From Lama glama (Eukaryota), in contig CM052832.1 of the NCBI GenBank assembly GCA_028534125.1, forward strand, positions 24,740,001-24,804,000: a stretch of 64,000 nucleotides of DNA. Reading direction: 5' to 3'. Under the pieces are notes generated by a model. That model was not told the DNA's origin and made no database searches. It saw only the letters and a list, made by a program, of their open reading frames with translations. A program made the translations under genes and the position numbers. Positions 44,262 to 57,299 of this stretch are shown here, one piece after another. Numbering within the stretch: the stretch's first letter is position 1; the number at the start of each line of letters is the position of its first letter.

Positions 44262-47200
44262 ATGTATTTGTTTATTGAGCGACTAAGCTGGCTAAACCAA
44301 AGCCAGCTAACCAAAAAGTGTCTAATTTAAGCAAAAAGGAATTTAGTGCACAAATTTGGGGAATTCACATAATCAGTGGGAACTAGGCATGAAAATGAAT
44401 GGAAAGGGAGAAATATTAATTGGCCAAGAACAAAAATAAAAAAACCAAAACAACCAAACACCAAAACCAACTACTCATTTCGTGGAGAAACTATTTTGAA
44501 AATAGCATATTCGGTGTTTGGGCAAGGATGTTTCTTAATACAAACCCAGATTGTGCTCCAACTATCGGATGGTTGGTAAAGATTCCAATTGTTTTTGAAA
44601 TTGATCACAGAATAGATAAGACCGCAGAGGAAAAGGATTTCTGAAAACAAAACAAAGCTAAAAACAGGGAAAAACGGCACTTGGGGAGGGGCTAGAAATC
44701 ATGAAGACCAAGAAGAAAAAGAATACTGGCTTCTCCTAACATAATACAGGAAGTATGGGACCCTGACCTCTCTCTCTCTCTGGTCTCTCTCTTACCTAAT
44801 TTCTTACTGGAGTAGAGACAGGGGGAGGCTGGTTAGTTAGGATGAAGAATGCTGAGTTTGCTGGTGACTGGGTGAGAAAGCACGTTATGCTCAAAGACCT
44901 GCTTAGGGAATAGAAAGCCCACAGTAGAATTACTTTCTAGAGGATCCCACCATCTGGTAATGCTGCTAAACGTCTGGAGCTAGTTTCAAGCCCCAGCTGG
45001 GTCTAATTCCAAAATAAGAGCCTGCACACCCGGGCCCGGGGGTGGGAACTGGATTGGATGGAGCTGTGACTGAGGCAGTTCCGGATTAGCCATGGAGGCG
45101 CTACATTTTATGTGTCTGCTTTCTTTTGCTCTCAGTCAGCTATCACCTTTTAAAGACAGCATTAAAATTAACCCACAAAGTAAAAGGATCAGTTACACAA
45201 AGGTAGATTTTAAAAATAGAAACCACAACTAAGTGGCTGATCAAATACACCCAAGCTCCACCCTTTTTCTTGGTGTCCCATATACAAGGACTCAAGACAG
45301 AGCAGTAGATAATATTTGTAGGACGTGATGTGATAGTCAGGCTGCAGAATCTTTCTTGTGCTTGAGCACGAAGTCTGATCTGGCTGGCTGGATACCTATC
45401 TGTGCGCATTTCTCTCTGAGCATTGCACATAATGCTGCAGAACCCCTTTGCTGGGTCAAAGGAAACGCCCTTCTCCCTCTTTAGCTCTGAACATTCACTG
45501 GTGGGAGCATGGAGGGAAGAACACTTAGCGACTGCCTAAAAAACTGTCCGTTGGCTTTCACACATTATTCAAGCTAATTATTCTATAAGCAGCGCTTCAT
45601 CGAGCACAAGTGTGTTAAAATGCGTGGAGTGAGCTGAAATCTCTCATTTGAAATATTAGACTTGTGAAATTCAGGAGTAGTTTAATTTGATCTTGGCCTA
45701 CCATCAAAGCAGAGCATCTCATTTCCAAAACTGGCTGTTTAAAGAGTCAAAGAAGGAATGGGCAACACATGAATTACAAACTCTGGAATGTAAAATGGCG
45801 TTGTCTTAATTAGCAGGCAGTTTACGTAATTTTCTTCTAGTTTCTTCTAGTTGTCGGAGTAGTTCATGTTTACGATAGTCTAGGTGGAAAAGACTGAAAA
45901 GTACAAGGGAAAAACGAAGTACCTGTATGTTGTGAGGCATTTCTAGTCAGTATTGATGTTTTTACTTTGGAACTTTGCATGCAACGTGCTCTAAATGTTG
46001 ATTGTGATATAAAAAATGCACATGAACTTCTGGAGAAAAAATCAAAACAGCAAAAGACACTTGCGATGGGGAGTTCCAAATCTAAACCTAGTATTATGAA
46101 TACTAGGAAAATTATAAACAGAAAGAACTGCCATGAAACAAATTCCAACTATTACTGTTTCTCAGCTCTCTTCTTTTTTTTTTTTATTTTCTGAAATATT
46201 ACCCTTTCCTCTGTTTATTTTCCTTCTAACTCCTAGTATGCCCTGGAATGTCATACTTTGTGATATGCTTAGTTCTTTGGTACATGTCATTCAGTTGAGA
46301 GATGCCTGGAGCTGAGAAATAACTTCCAATTTGGCACATTTTGTGTAACAACAAAAATATTTTGTTTAATATTTTGATACCTATCTTTGACTTATGGAGA
46401 TGATTAATAATTAGGCAGTTGTTTCTCAAGTCTGGTGATACGAGGTGCTGATGCACCCACAAGACGTACAGTCACTCTGATCTTGAATGAAGTTGGGCAG
46501 ATACATGCTGAGGATGCACTTGGGAGCCATGGAACAGAGGACAGACCCAGTGTGCCCGAGGCTCAAACTCACAAACGTCTCCTAACTAGTAGGTGTTCTA
46601 CCCAACTGATCTGGAATGACACCTCTTTCCTGCCCCTCACACCATATCTGAGCATGCCTTTCTGTAAAAGAGGAGCCAACATGATACACTGAGTGAGTGG
46701 GTGTGACACAGAACTTGGTGGGGGTGGCCGTTCCCAAAATCAGTGGCACATTGAGGGAGTATCAGTCTTCCAGAGATAAAGGGACAACTGTTAGAAATGC
46801 TACAGAAGTAGCAAAAGGACATGAGGTCAGCTGTATATGTTGGAAAAATCCACAAGCTTTTAATACACAAGATAGAAAACTTGGCGTGCTTTAAGGTGAG
46901 GCAACTTCTCACTAAGCTTCAATCACACCACCTCTTCCCAGCTCACTTATTATGGCTGCCATGTGCATAGTTTATATCACTTGGTATGCAAATCTGTCCC
47001 CTATTTCAGTTATTCAATATTTTGTCCTTGCTGTGTTTCTGGAGATTGTGATGATTTGAAATTGACTTGAACACAAAGGTCTACTTTCTCCCTGGGAATC
47101 TCTCAGTCGCTATAAATTTCCAGTACCCTCTACTGGCTGCTTTTTCCTCCCTCTTCTCTCCCCTGGTTCAGAATTCCTGGGAGAGGCTGGACAGGAAGCC

Positions 47201-47798
47201 ATCTGCCTCCCAGGGTGAGGGGAAGCAGCCTTGTCTCTACCAATTTGCCTTGGTGGATCTGAACCTCAGATCCTCACCCTACATTTCCCTCCGTCAGAGA
47301 CATTTTAGCTGCTAGAGCCCAGGAACACAGCACTGATTAGGTGGGCGATGTAGGAATTTCCCAGCTTAGAACAGGCAGGAGATCCTGCCCTTCCTAGGGC
47401 CCAGACTTCCAGGAGAAGAGTCTGGGCACATACTTCTCGGTGGTTGGTGGCAAACTGGTGTCAACGCAAGAGCTGGGTCCAGATTGCAAACCAGGTCTTG
47501 TGCTGACCTATTTAGTTTTTGTGTAATTGCCCTTGGCTATCCCTTAACTGTTTGTAAAACTTGCCCAAACAGCCCAGCCCTGTTTTAACTTCATACAGAA
47601 TATGGTGGGAATGGCCTCAGGATCTCACTTGGATCTGAGTTTTAAAGAAAATAGAACCACTCTCGGGACAATGTGGAGGCAACAATAGTAATTACAAGGA
47701 GTGATTCTAGAGAAAGGTGAGAGTCCTCCTGCCTACACTATATGGAATGTTTACTTCTTATTTCCCACCTTAGAGGATCTGGTTTTAGTTTTGTTCAG

Positions 47799-48171
47799 TG
47801 TTTTAGTCAGCTCAGGCTGCTGTAACAAAATACCGTAGACTGGTGGCTTAAGCAAGAGAAACTTATTCTCTTACAGTTCTGGAGGTTAGGAGCCCAAGAT
47901 CAAGGTGCCAGCATGGCCAGTTTCTGCTGAAGGCTCTCTTCCTGGCTTATAGACAGGTGCCTTCTCCCTGTGTCCTCACATTATGGAACGAGTGAAGAAG
48001 CAAGCTCTCTGGTGTCTGTTTTCATAAGGGCACTAATTCCATCATGATGGCCCCACCTTCATGACCTCATTTAACCCTAACTGCCTCCAAAGGTCCCACC
48101 TCCAAATAATATCACAATGAGTGTTGGGACTTCAACATACGAACTGGGACAGACACAATTTAGTCCATAGC
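47799..48171 (-). mobile_element. MLT1A-like MaLR solo LTR
   Basis: ggctgctgtaacaaaatacc...cagttctggagg...caagatcaaggtgccagca...cacaatttagtccatagc. Confidence 0.88.
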
Positions 48172-48639
48172 TTTTAGGAAGGCAGCAATTCCATATACCT
48201 CCCCCTACATTTCACATCTTAATACATTTTCTATATAATGGATAAGTTCAGTATTGATCTAAGGAAAGAATTATTAATAATTCATCAATCAGGGGTTAGT
48301 TCACATTTTCATTGAACAACATAGTAACTTGTTAGCCAAAGTAAAACTCTTTCTAGCACATGCTTACAGGAGATGCAAGTGTTGACTGAGCTGAGGGTCT
48401 GCTGTGGAACTTACTTTTATTTATTCACGCTAAACATAGTCTTTTATTTATTCACACTAAAAATATTAAAAAAAAAAAAAAGAAAAGGAAAGCTACAGAA
48501 ACAAACCAACAAACAAAATTCTTATAACTGATAGCCTTGGCAGTGCATAAATTTGCTCACTGCTACTATTATTAGTAGTAGTACTTTTACTCATTGCTAA
48601 GCTACCATTATTGCTATTATTCATTTGGTCTTCAGTATT

Positions 48640-49030
48640 CACTCATTCGTTTATTGAACAGATGAATGATATGCCATGAATGTGTTAGGCACCAATGATA
48701 GAACACATAACAAAACTAACTTCATGAAAATTACATTCCAGGAAGGGAAATAGACCACAAACAAGATAAACAAGTAAACTGTAAATGCTAAGCAAAAAAA
48801 TGACTCAGGGAAGGGGGACAGGAAGTAGGGGTGGGTTATGATGTGCAATTTTGGAGAAATTGGCCATGGAAAGCTCATGGAGAAAGCTACAGAAGCAAGA
48901 CTTAAAGGATGCAATGGATGGACAGGAGTCCTGTGAATGAATATCCGTGGGGAAAGCCTTCCCAGAAAAGGAAATAACCAGTGGAAAAAGCTTTTTGACT
49001 GGGGGCAAGTATGAGCATGACAATACGGGG
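48640..49030 (-). mobile_element. L2 fragment
   Basis: cactcattcgtttattgaaca...tgtgttaggcac. Confidence 0.6.
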
Positions 49031-49959
49031 GGAATTAGGCAGAGGGATGACAGCAGAGTCTAAATTATATCCATTGTTCAAAACGACTGCATTTTATTTT
49101 CTTCATGTTTGAAAATAAAGTATCTGTTTATTCTGGGGTCAGATTTAGATAGAAAGACTTGTGATACAAAGTTCTAATTACCTTCATTTTAGTAGAGTAA
49201 AGCAAATATATACTCCTGGAAATAAGATTCTACTTGGGTTGGTATCACTATTCTTATCATGATTAAAAGATATTGTGATTTACCATCGATAGAATGCTCA
49301 AGGCACGTGCTAGCTTTCAGCATTGTGACAGATTAAGAATAAGCAACCCCTATATTTCTAGATGCTTTGAGGATAATAAAATCTTCCTCTTCCTTTTCTA
49401 GCTCCAGTCCATTAGAGGTCTTTCTCAGATTGTAGTTGTTTTTAACCAGCTTCAAACATATAGAGATTATTAAAAATCTCATCTAGCTGTGAAAATGCGT
49501 ACTTGAAAAATGGCAAATCTCAGTACATGAATGCAGGGTATAAAATGAGATAATATAGGCAAAAATACTTAGAAAAGAAAAAGTGATATTCAAGTGTATA
49601 GTGGTAAAATGAGAGTACCCATTTAAATTGCTCACCTATATTCTGTGCCTTTATCATCTATTTGATGTCCTGCTGTGTAAATCAGCTCTCTTAGGGGACA
49701 ATTCTTGCTGGTGGATGACTGGCAGGATTTGCTGTTCCTGATGATATATAGTAAGGCCAGTTAGATCATTCATTACTATAAATGTAAAATCATGTTTTGC
49801 CATTAGAATTTTAGTGTCTGTCATGAAAAGGAAAACATATTCTATCGATAATTAAAACTATCCTAAGTATTTACAGTGGTGCCTTACAATATTTATGTAA
49901 TGTTAATAAGACCATGTTAAACATTTTTAAGGTTTAAAAGCTATTTTTTATTATTTAGA

Positions 49960-50480
49960 TTTTTCTTTTTACTTGACAAAATTTTCAACCGAGAGGAAAG
50001 AATAGTACAAAGAATTTCCATGCAATTTCACACCAGAATCCTCAAATATTGATCACACTAGCTTTATCCTTTTCTTTCTTTATGTATACAGTTAAGATTA
50101 TTTTATGAACTATTGGAGAGTAAAATGCAGACATGATGCTACCTTTAACCATAAATACTGCAAAGATAAATATTAAGAAATCAATATCCACATACACAAA
50201 AATTAGGATATTATCTTACAGAATCTCATAGAATTATCATAATCAGGAAATTAACATTGATACAACACTATTATCTAATAACCAGACCTTATTCATATTT
50301 CACCAATTGTTCCATTAATGTCTTTTAGAGCAAAAACAAAAAACAAGAACCTTTAAATTATGCTTTGCATTCAGTTGTTAGTCTTTACCCATCTTTGATC
50401 TGGAATGGCTCCTCAGTCTTTCTTTGTCTTTAATGACATTAATATTTTGAAGAGTATAGATCTCGTCTAATATCCCTCAG
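49960..50480 (-). mobile_element. Old L1 3'UTR fragment
   Basis: aatcaggaaattaacattgatacaacactattatctaa...ttgcattcagttgt motif. Confidence 0.65.
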
Positions 50481-50519
50481 GTTGAGAAAAAAGGTAAAAG
50501 CAAAGATACCACAATGTAA

Positions 50520-51010
50520 TGTTACTGAGTCCAAGCTTGTTCCGCGCCACAGGGCAGGCCAATAAATCCAGAGATGAGTTGTTGGGGCAAGGAATAGTGA
50601 CTTTATTCAGAAAGCCAGCAGATGGAGAATATGGTGGACTAGTGTCTCAAAGAACCATCTTACCCATTAGAATTCAGGCTCCTTCTATCCTAAAAGGGGA
50701 GAGGGTGTGGTTGGTTGTTGCAAACTTCTTGGTGTTGGAATCCTTTGTTCTTGTACTGTCCAGGTAGGTCAGGTCACGATGTTCCTGTAAACCTCCAACA
50801 AGACAAATGTTATTCTCTATTCTGCAACTTTTTATCTCTATATGAATGGAAAAGTGTTATACCTTTAAAGGTCAGAGCCTCCAGAATGGACAATCCTCTA
50901 TATTTCAGTCTATAGGCAACATTCTTAAGTTGTAACAAAAGCAATAGGATACAAAGGTTGAAGAAAAAGAAACATGCAATATCGAGTCAGATCTGATCTT
51001 CCCTGTTACA
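50520..51010 (-). mobile_element. ERV1-class solo LTR (MER41-like), 491 bp
   Basis: TG...CA termini (tgttactgag / cctgttaca), 4-bp TSD GTAA at 50516-50519 and 51011-51014, minus-strand AATAAA at 50602-50607. Confidence 0.85.
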
Positions 51011-52821
51011 GTAACACACCTATTCCAAGGAAGTATAAAAGGTTTGTTAAAGGCCAAAGCTTCTCCTTAATGCCCCTCACACATTTTTGCAGTTTTCTAA
51101 ATCAACTGTCATAGATAAGCCTTTCAGACTTGAAATCTTATTTAGAGATCTTAGGAGAAAAGGTTAAGACACCTGCCCTCAATTGCTGTGATCAAATACC
51201 AATTAGATCGATTGACAGTCGTTAGGCCTTGGCCAGTCTTCACCAAACTAACCTTCATTTGCAGGTTTTTCAAAGCTGCAAAGCCCTCACTGGATGCTGT
51301 CATCAAAAGAAATCAAACTATGAAAAGGATTCACGATTCACCATTCCCTCCCTCAGTGCTGGGGATGAGTGACTCGCTTACAAGTTTCAATGACCTTTCT
51401 ACTATCCCTAATAATGAGACTCTGGTCACTTATGATACTGCTTCACTGCTTCTCAGCGCTCTTGCTGGAATTCCTGTTTTCAGCTTTCCTTCTCTTCACT
51501 GTGGCAATGGAAAATGAAGTGTCACATCCACTGAAGGAGCAGAAAAAGGAGGCAAGTATCAAGTGGTATCCAGTCGTCCTGTGTGGATGGTTTATCAGAC
51601 ACCTCAGCCCAGTCTAACCCTTGGGTACTCACCTTCAAGGTACCTCAGCCTTTGTCTGAATAGCTCACCCAAGAGGAAGATTCTCCTGCAGACTCCAAGG
51701 ATGAACAGCAACTCACATATGCAGCACGAATAACAGTAGAGAACAGAGAGCAGACAGAATCTGGGAGTATCAGGTGGAGCTGGCAGAGCCTTCAGGATCA
51801 CCTCTCCCTCCTGACTTCACTGCAGATTAAAGTTTAAGAACCAGTGAAGTAATATTACTAAAATGTAAAATACACACCAAATCTACACATGAAAATAACC
51901 TGGAAGGAAATACACCACAATATTGCACGTGATTGTTTTGGCTGGCAGGAATTCATAAAAAGCAATTTAAAAAAAAAACACCTAACATTTTTAATTTTAG
52001 AACTTTATATAAATGAGTCACCATTGCTTTTATTATCTAAAAAATCATACTAAAAACAGTCTTGTTATAGTTCATTACTCAAACTATTTTATGAGGTATT
52101 TTAAACCAACCAAAGTAATGGAAGTTTGATAGGAACCTCCACTATGAACAGACTGAAACTCTATTAGTTGCACTTCAAAGGATAAATATTAATGTTATTC
52201 TACCCACTCTGCCAATTCAAGGTACTAATTAACTATTCAGGTTATTTCCCCAAATAACGTGTAGCAGGTATTTATACTTGGACAAGTAGGTTACTGGAAA
52301 GGTAGTAGGGAGTTCTGATAGTCTTTAAATTCTTCTAAACTCATGTTTCTTATTTTTTAAAACACCATACATTCTAATTACCTGAAAATCCTTTGAACTT
52401 TGTTAATTATAATATCTCATTGCCCCAGGACAAATATTAAGGCACAGAACCTTTTCAAGATTCTTCCTGTAACGCCAACATGTGGTTTCAGATACAAAGG
52501 AAGGAACCAATTTAACATAAGGAACCAGCTGTATCACACCAAGGGGATTTGCATACTGAAGGATCTTTATATAGATACACACTGAGGGTAATATGACCTT
52601 ATTGTCCTTGTGGGGTAATATACACCAGCATTCATATGACAATGTCTGAGATATTTCCAGAGAGAAGTCAAGTGAAGCTTACACTAAAAGCTTGTGAAAC
52701 AGTTGAACCAGTAGGTCATTTGTTAACCAACCTCCAATACTGCCTGTCCCTCGACTGTAAGATCATTCTGCTCTAAGTCTTCATTCAGGGTCCTTTATGC
52801 AACATCCACATGGGCAAAAAT

Positions 52822-52864
52822 CAAGCTGAAGGTTGATCAGTAAGATCCACCAACCTTCAGCTTG
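52822..52864. repeat. Perfect 14-bp inverted repeat with 15-nt spacer
   Basis: caagctgaaggttg / caaccttcagcttg. Confidence 0.95.
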
Positions 52865-53371
52865 CTAGGCTAGGAAATTGCACTCATGTGGATTTTAAGG
52901 CTGTCTTGCAAGTCTTATCCAAGTCACAACCCAAGGCTCAGTTTTCTTGTAAAATGGGGGTAAGGCCTGCCCTCTGTACACACTGGGTTGTTACATGATT
53001 GAAATTAAGTTACACAGAGGCACTATCAAAATATAAAGCAAGATGTATTTTTCTTAATGTACAATGGGAGATAGACTTAATTTTTCTGTTTCTTAAAGTC
53101 CATTAACACAATGGAAATAAGACATATAAAATTGTAAGAACAATGTGCTATGCAGTGATATCATAATCCACATGTATTTTCTTTTAAGAGTCATACAGAA
53201 CATGGGGTGCTTTCTGCCCAAGCACTGTGTGAGTCCCATAGAAGATCAATGGCCTTTGAAAGCAGCTCTGCCATCTCCCATCTCCCCCACTGGTTTGCAC
53301 AAGGAAGAAACGAAATCTACCCTTTCGGAGGAAAGAATCACACAACATTGTATAGGACATGAATAAGACTT

Positions 53372-54574
53372 GTTCATTGTATCTTGTCTTATGTTTAAAT
53401 CTTTGATCCATTTTGAGTTTATTTTTGTATATGGTGTAAGGGAGTGTTCTAGCTTCATTTTTTTACATGCTGCTGTTCAGTTTTCCCAACACCATTTGCT
53501 GAAGAGACTGTCTTTATTCCATTGTATATTCTTGCCTCCTTTGTCGAAGATTAGTTGACCAGAAGTTTATGGGTTCATTTCTGGGCTCTCTATTCTGTTC
53601 CATTGGTCTATATGTCTGTTTTTGTNNNNNNNNNNNNNNNNNNNNNNNNNNNNNNNNNNNNNNNNNNNNNNNNNNNNNNNNNNNNNNNNNNNNNNNNNNN
53701 NNNNNNNNNNNNNNNNNNNNNNNNNNNNNNNNNNNNNNNNNNNNNNNNNNNNNNNNNNNNNNNNNNNNNNNNNNNNNNNNNNNNNNNNNNNNNNNNNNNN
53801 NNNNNNNNNNNNNNNNNNNNNNNNNNNNNNNNNNNNNNNNNNNNNNNNNNNNNNNNNNNNNNNNNNNNNNNNNNNNNNNNNNNNNNNNNNNNNNNNNNNN
53901 NNNNNNNNNNNNNNNNNNNNNNNNNNNNNNNNNNNNNNNNNNNNNNNNNNNNNNNNNNNNNNNNNNNNNNNNNNNNNNNNNNNNNNNNNNNNNNNNNNNN
54001 NNNNNNNNNNNNNNNNNNNNNNNNNNNNNNNNNNNNNNNNNNNNNNNNNNNNNNNNNNNNNNNNNNNNNNNNNNNNNNNNNNNNNNNNNNNNNNNNNNNN
54101 NNNNNNNNNNNNNNNNNNNNNNNNNTTAATTTCCTTCATCAATGGTTTATAGTTTTCTGTGTATAATTCTTTCACCTCCTTCATTAGATTTATTCCCAGA
54201 TATTTTATTACTTTGGGTGCTATTTTAAAGGGGATTGTTTCTTCACTTTCTTTTTCTGTTGATTCATCGTTAGTGTAAAGAAATGCAACTGATTTTTGAA
54301 CATTAATCTTGTAACCTGCTACCTTGCTGAGTTCTTCGATCAGCTTTAGTAGTTTTTGTGTGGACCTTTTAGGGTTTTCTATATATAGTAACATGTCGTC
54401 GGCATATAGTGACACTTTTACCTCTTCTTTTCCAATTCGGATCCCTTTTATTTCTTTCTCTTGCCTGATTGCTGTGGCTAGAACTTCCAGGACTATGCTG
54501 AATAGGAGTGGTGATAGTGGGCATCCTTGTCTTGTCCCAGATTTTAGTGGGAAGCTTTTGAGTTTTTCACCACT
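53372..54574 (-). mobile_element. Young L1 ORF2 internal fragment (reverse-transcriptase region), spans gap
   Basis: [13 protein letters not shown]...[15 protein letters not shown]...IKYLGINL; after the gap RHIDQWNRIESPE...[16 protein letters not shown] with two in-frame stops. Confidence 0.95.
53626..54125. other. Assembly gap (500 N)
   Basis: Run of N. Confidence 1.
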
Positions 54575-56164
54575 CTCTACATGATCATGTATAAGTTACT
54601 CACCTTGCTTAGCCTAAATTTCCTCATCTTTAAGAAATTTACTTGCTTGCTTAATTCTGGTGAGGACTAAATGAAATTATGCAGGGTCTGCGGCAGCCAA
54701 TAAGCTTCCAATAATTACTGGCCATTATTACAACTCTGTAGGCTAGTTTCCTCAATTAGCAAGAGGGTGGTTGATTAGATTACACCAAAATTGTTTCTGA
54801 GATTTCCTGCTGCTACCTAAAAAGAACCTGCCACTAATATATTCACCTTTAGTAAACTCACTTGGTAAATGATTAATATCACTTTGGTCGAGTGTTTATA
54901 TTCTGAAACTAAATTATCAAAGTTCTAATTACCAATTGTATTTCATTTTGAGTTTAATTCTACAGGTTTCAAATTTATATTTTTTCCTTTCCTTTTTTAA
55001 TTGAATATGTGAGAGAATACTTCACTTGGGCTGCATTTTGTTGTTGTTGTTGTTGAACTTGATTCATCATTTTATTGAACTGGGTGCATTGTCCTAAATA
55101 CCCTCCTGCCTTGAGCTCAAGGAGAGTAGGTCTATCAACGCTGTCCTCCGTGGTGACCACAATTATTCAGCATACTCATAGCTACTAGTATAATCCAAGT
55201 AGGTAGTGTGACAGCTGAGCAGCAGAAAAGCATTTCGAAATCATGTATAAGAGACCGTACCTTAATCTAGGTAAGCGTCGATGGCCTGGAGTGGACTCTA
55301 GTTCTAAATCAGGGTTATTTTTGTATGAACCTTTGTCTCACTACTGAAAAAAAAATCACTAAACAGTTATGCTAGCAGTTTCATTATTATTTGGCTTAGC
55401 TAGACTTTCAACTTTTACAAACCGAAAAAAGGGAATTACTAGCAAAACAGGTTATGCCAAGTGGCTTTTTTAAACTAGCAATCCTGATTTCAAGATTAAA
55501 TGCAGAGAATTCTTTAAACTCATGCTGGCCCTCGATTTTTCTCCTCCTATTTTATCCTTTTATTTCAGTTTTTAAAAAAATGGCATTCCTTTTTTAGTCT
55601 CCACTTCCCTGTTGTGACTTAAACTGTACGTTACACAGGCTTTCTGAAAGGTGAGCTGACATACAATCTAAAGTTACACAGATGTGAGGAAGCAAAGCGT
55701 TTTGTCTTTGTTATCTTTATGTATGGTTTAAAAAAAACTGCTTCCCACAATCTTTGTGAAAAAGAATCTAATAGCATGGGCTTTCCCCCTCAATCAGAAG
55801 TTATTTTCCTGATCATCAGTCCAACCTATTCATAGTTAATATTCTTCAGAACTCTTAGTTTGAGTAGACACATTACTGCTTGTTATTTTGTGTCTGTGGT
55901 TTCATTATCTGGTTTCCTCCACTTCCAACCAAAGCTTGCAAAATGTTTTCTCCTCTGGTCTTGGAAGTAGAAAATGGGATGTCACCTGGACTAACACAAC
56001 CTGAGTTCTCATTGTTTAATAATGCATTCAGCAGGCTGAATTAGTCCTTTCTGAACTATCTGACAAATAGTAGGGTACATAAACATTTTGAATTAATAAA
56101 TGTTCAAACTCTCAAAGCAAGTTGTATCTTACCAAACGTATGAATAGATGTACAGGAATGGAGT

Positions 56165-56650
56165 CATTTTAGAATAAATGTCTTTAGGATAATTTGCAAA
56201 GATAGTATTGGGGGTTTCCATACACCCTTCACCCAGTTTCCCCTAATGTTAACATCTTGCATAACTGCGGTATGTTTGCCAAAACTAAGAAGCTGACATT
56301 GGTATGTTACTATTAATGCAACTAGAGATCTTTTTTGAGGGGATTTCATCAGTTTTTCCACTAACATTCTTTTTCTCTTCCAGGATCCTCTCCAGGACAC
56401 GACATTATATTTAGTTGTCATGTACCCTTAGTCTCCCTGATCTGTGACAGTTTCTCAGACTCTCTTCATTTCTCAGGACCTTGACAGTTTTGAAGAGTAC
56501 AGGATGGGTATTCTGTAGACCGTTTCCCTCAATTTGAGTTTGACGCAAAGAGGTGAAGTGCCATTCCCGTTGCATCCTACTGGGGTAGAAGATATCAACG
56601 GGATTTACGGCTGCCCTTGATCCCTTGGTTAAGGGAATGTTTACCAGGTT
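56165..56650 (-). mobile_element. Old L1 (L1MB/MC-like) 3'UTR fragment
   Basis: cacccagtttcccctaatgttaacatcttgcataac...ttccaggatcc...tgtgacagtttctcagact. Confidence 0.75.
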
Positions 56651-57299
56651 AAGGTAATTGTTTCTAATTAATAAGGAAAATAAAACTAGCAATGCAGCCT
56701 CCAGGTATCGCAAAATGAGATATTTACAAACATGGACTTGGCACATAAAAAGTATTGAATTTTAATTACAACCATTGCATACCACTTATTCAGATAATGA
56801 TTAAATATTTACCCCAATGGTATTTCCTTCTCTCCTTTAAATGAATTATTCAATTTATTATTTATCTTAAAATATCTGTGCAGGGACTGCATTGGAATGC
56901 ATATTAAGATTATTTCTGCATTTTCTTTGCCATATTAAAGTTAAACAGCTCTAAAAGTATACTACACACAAATAAAAATGTTAAATCATCTTGACAGTAA
57001 TGTTGAAGAAACATATCAATAATCCCCAACTATCATTCATTGATCCTAGACTGGAAACCAGTGTCAAATGGCAATGCACAATCCTGGAACTTCTGTTCCC
57101 AATAGACAATTATCTGGGGAAAACTGGACTTTGGTTGATCACTTAGCCACCAACCATATGCTGATAAACTGCAGCTTAGTAATGACAAGAATATTTTTCT
57201 TTTATTGTATTTGTTATATTATAATTATTTAAATGTTTATGTATTTATTATTAAAATGTGTTTACTCTTGTACCGTGAGAGAGTCACTTTACTTCTGAA

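Noticed and set aside
52250..52720. AGGTTA/AGGTCA/TGACCT half-sites about 10 kb upstream of the start codon as possible LXREs
   Set aside because: No second half-site at 4-bp spacing
53567..54415. Reverse-transcriptase ORF with YADD motif as a possible novel RT system
   Set aside because: Ordinary L1 ORF2 fragment, truncated at both ends and with in-frame stops
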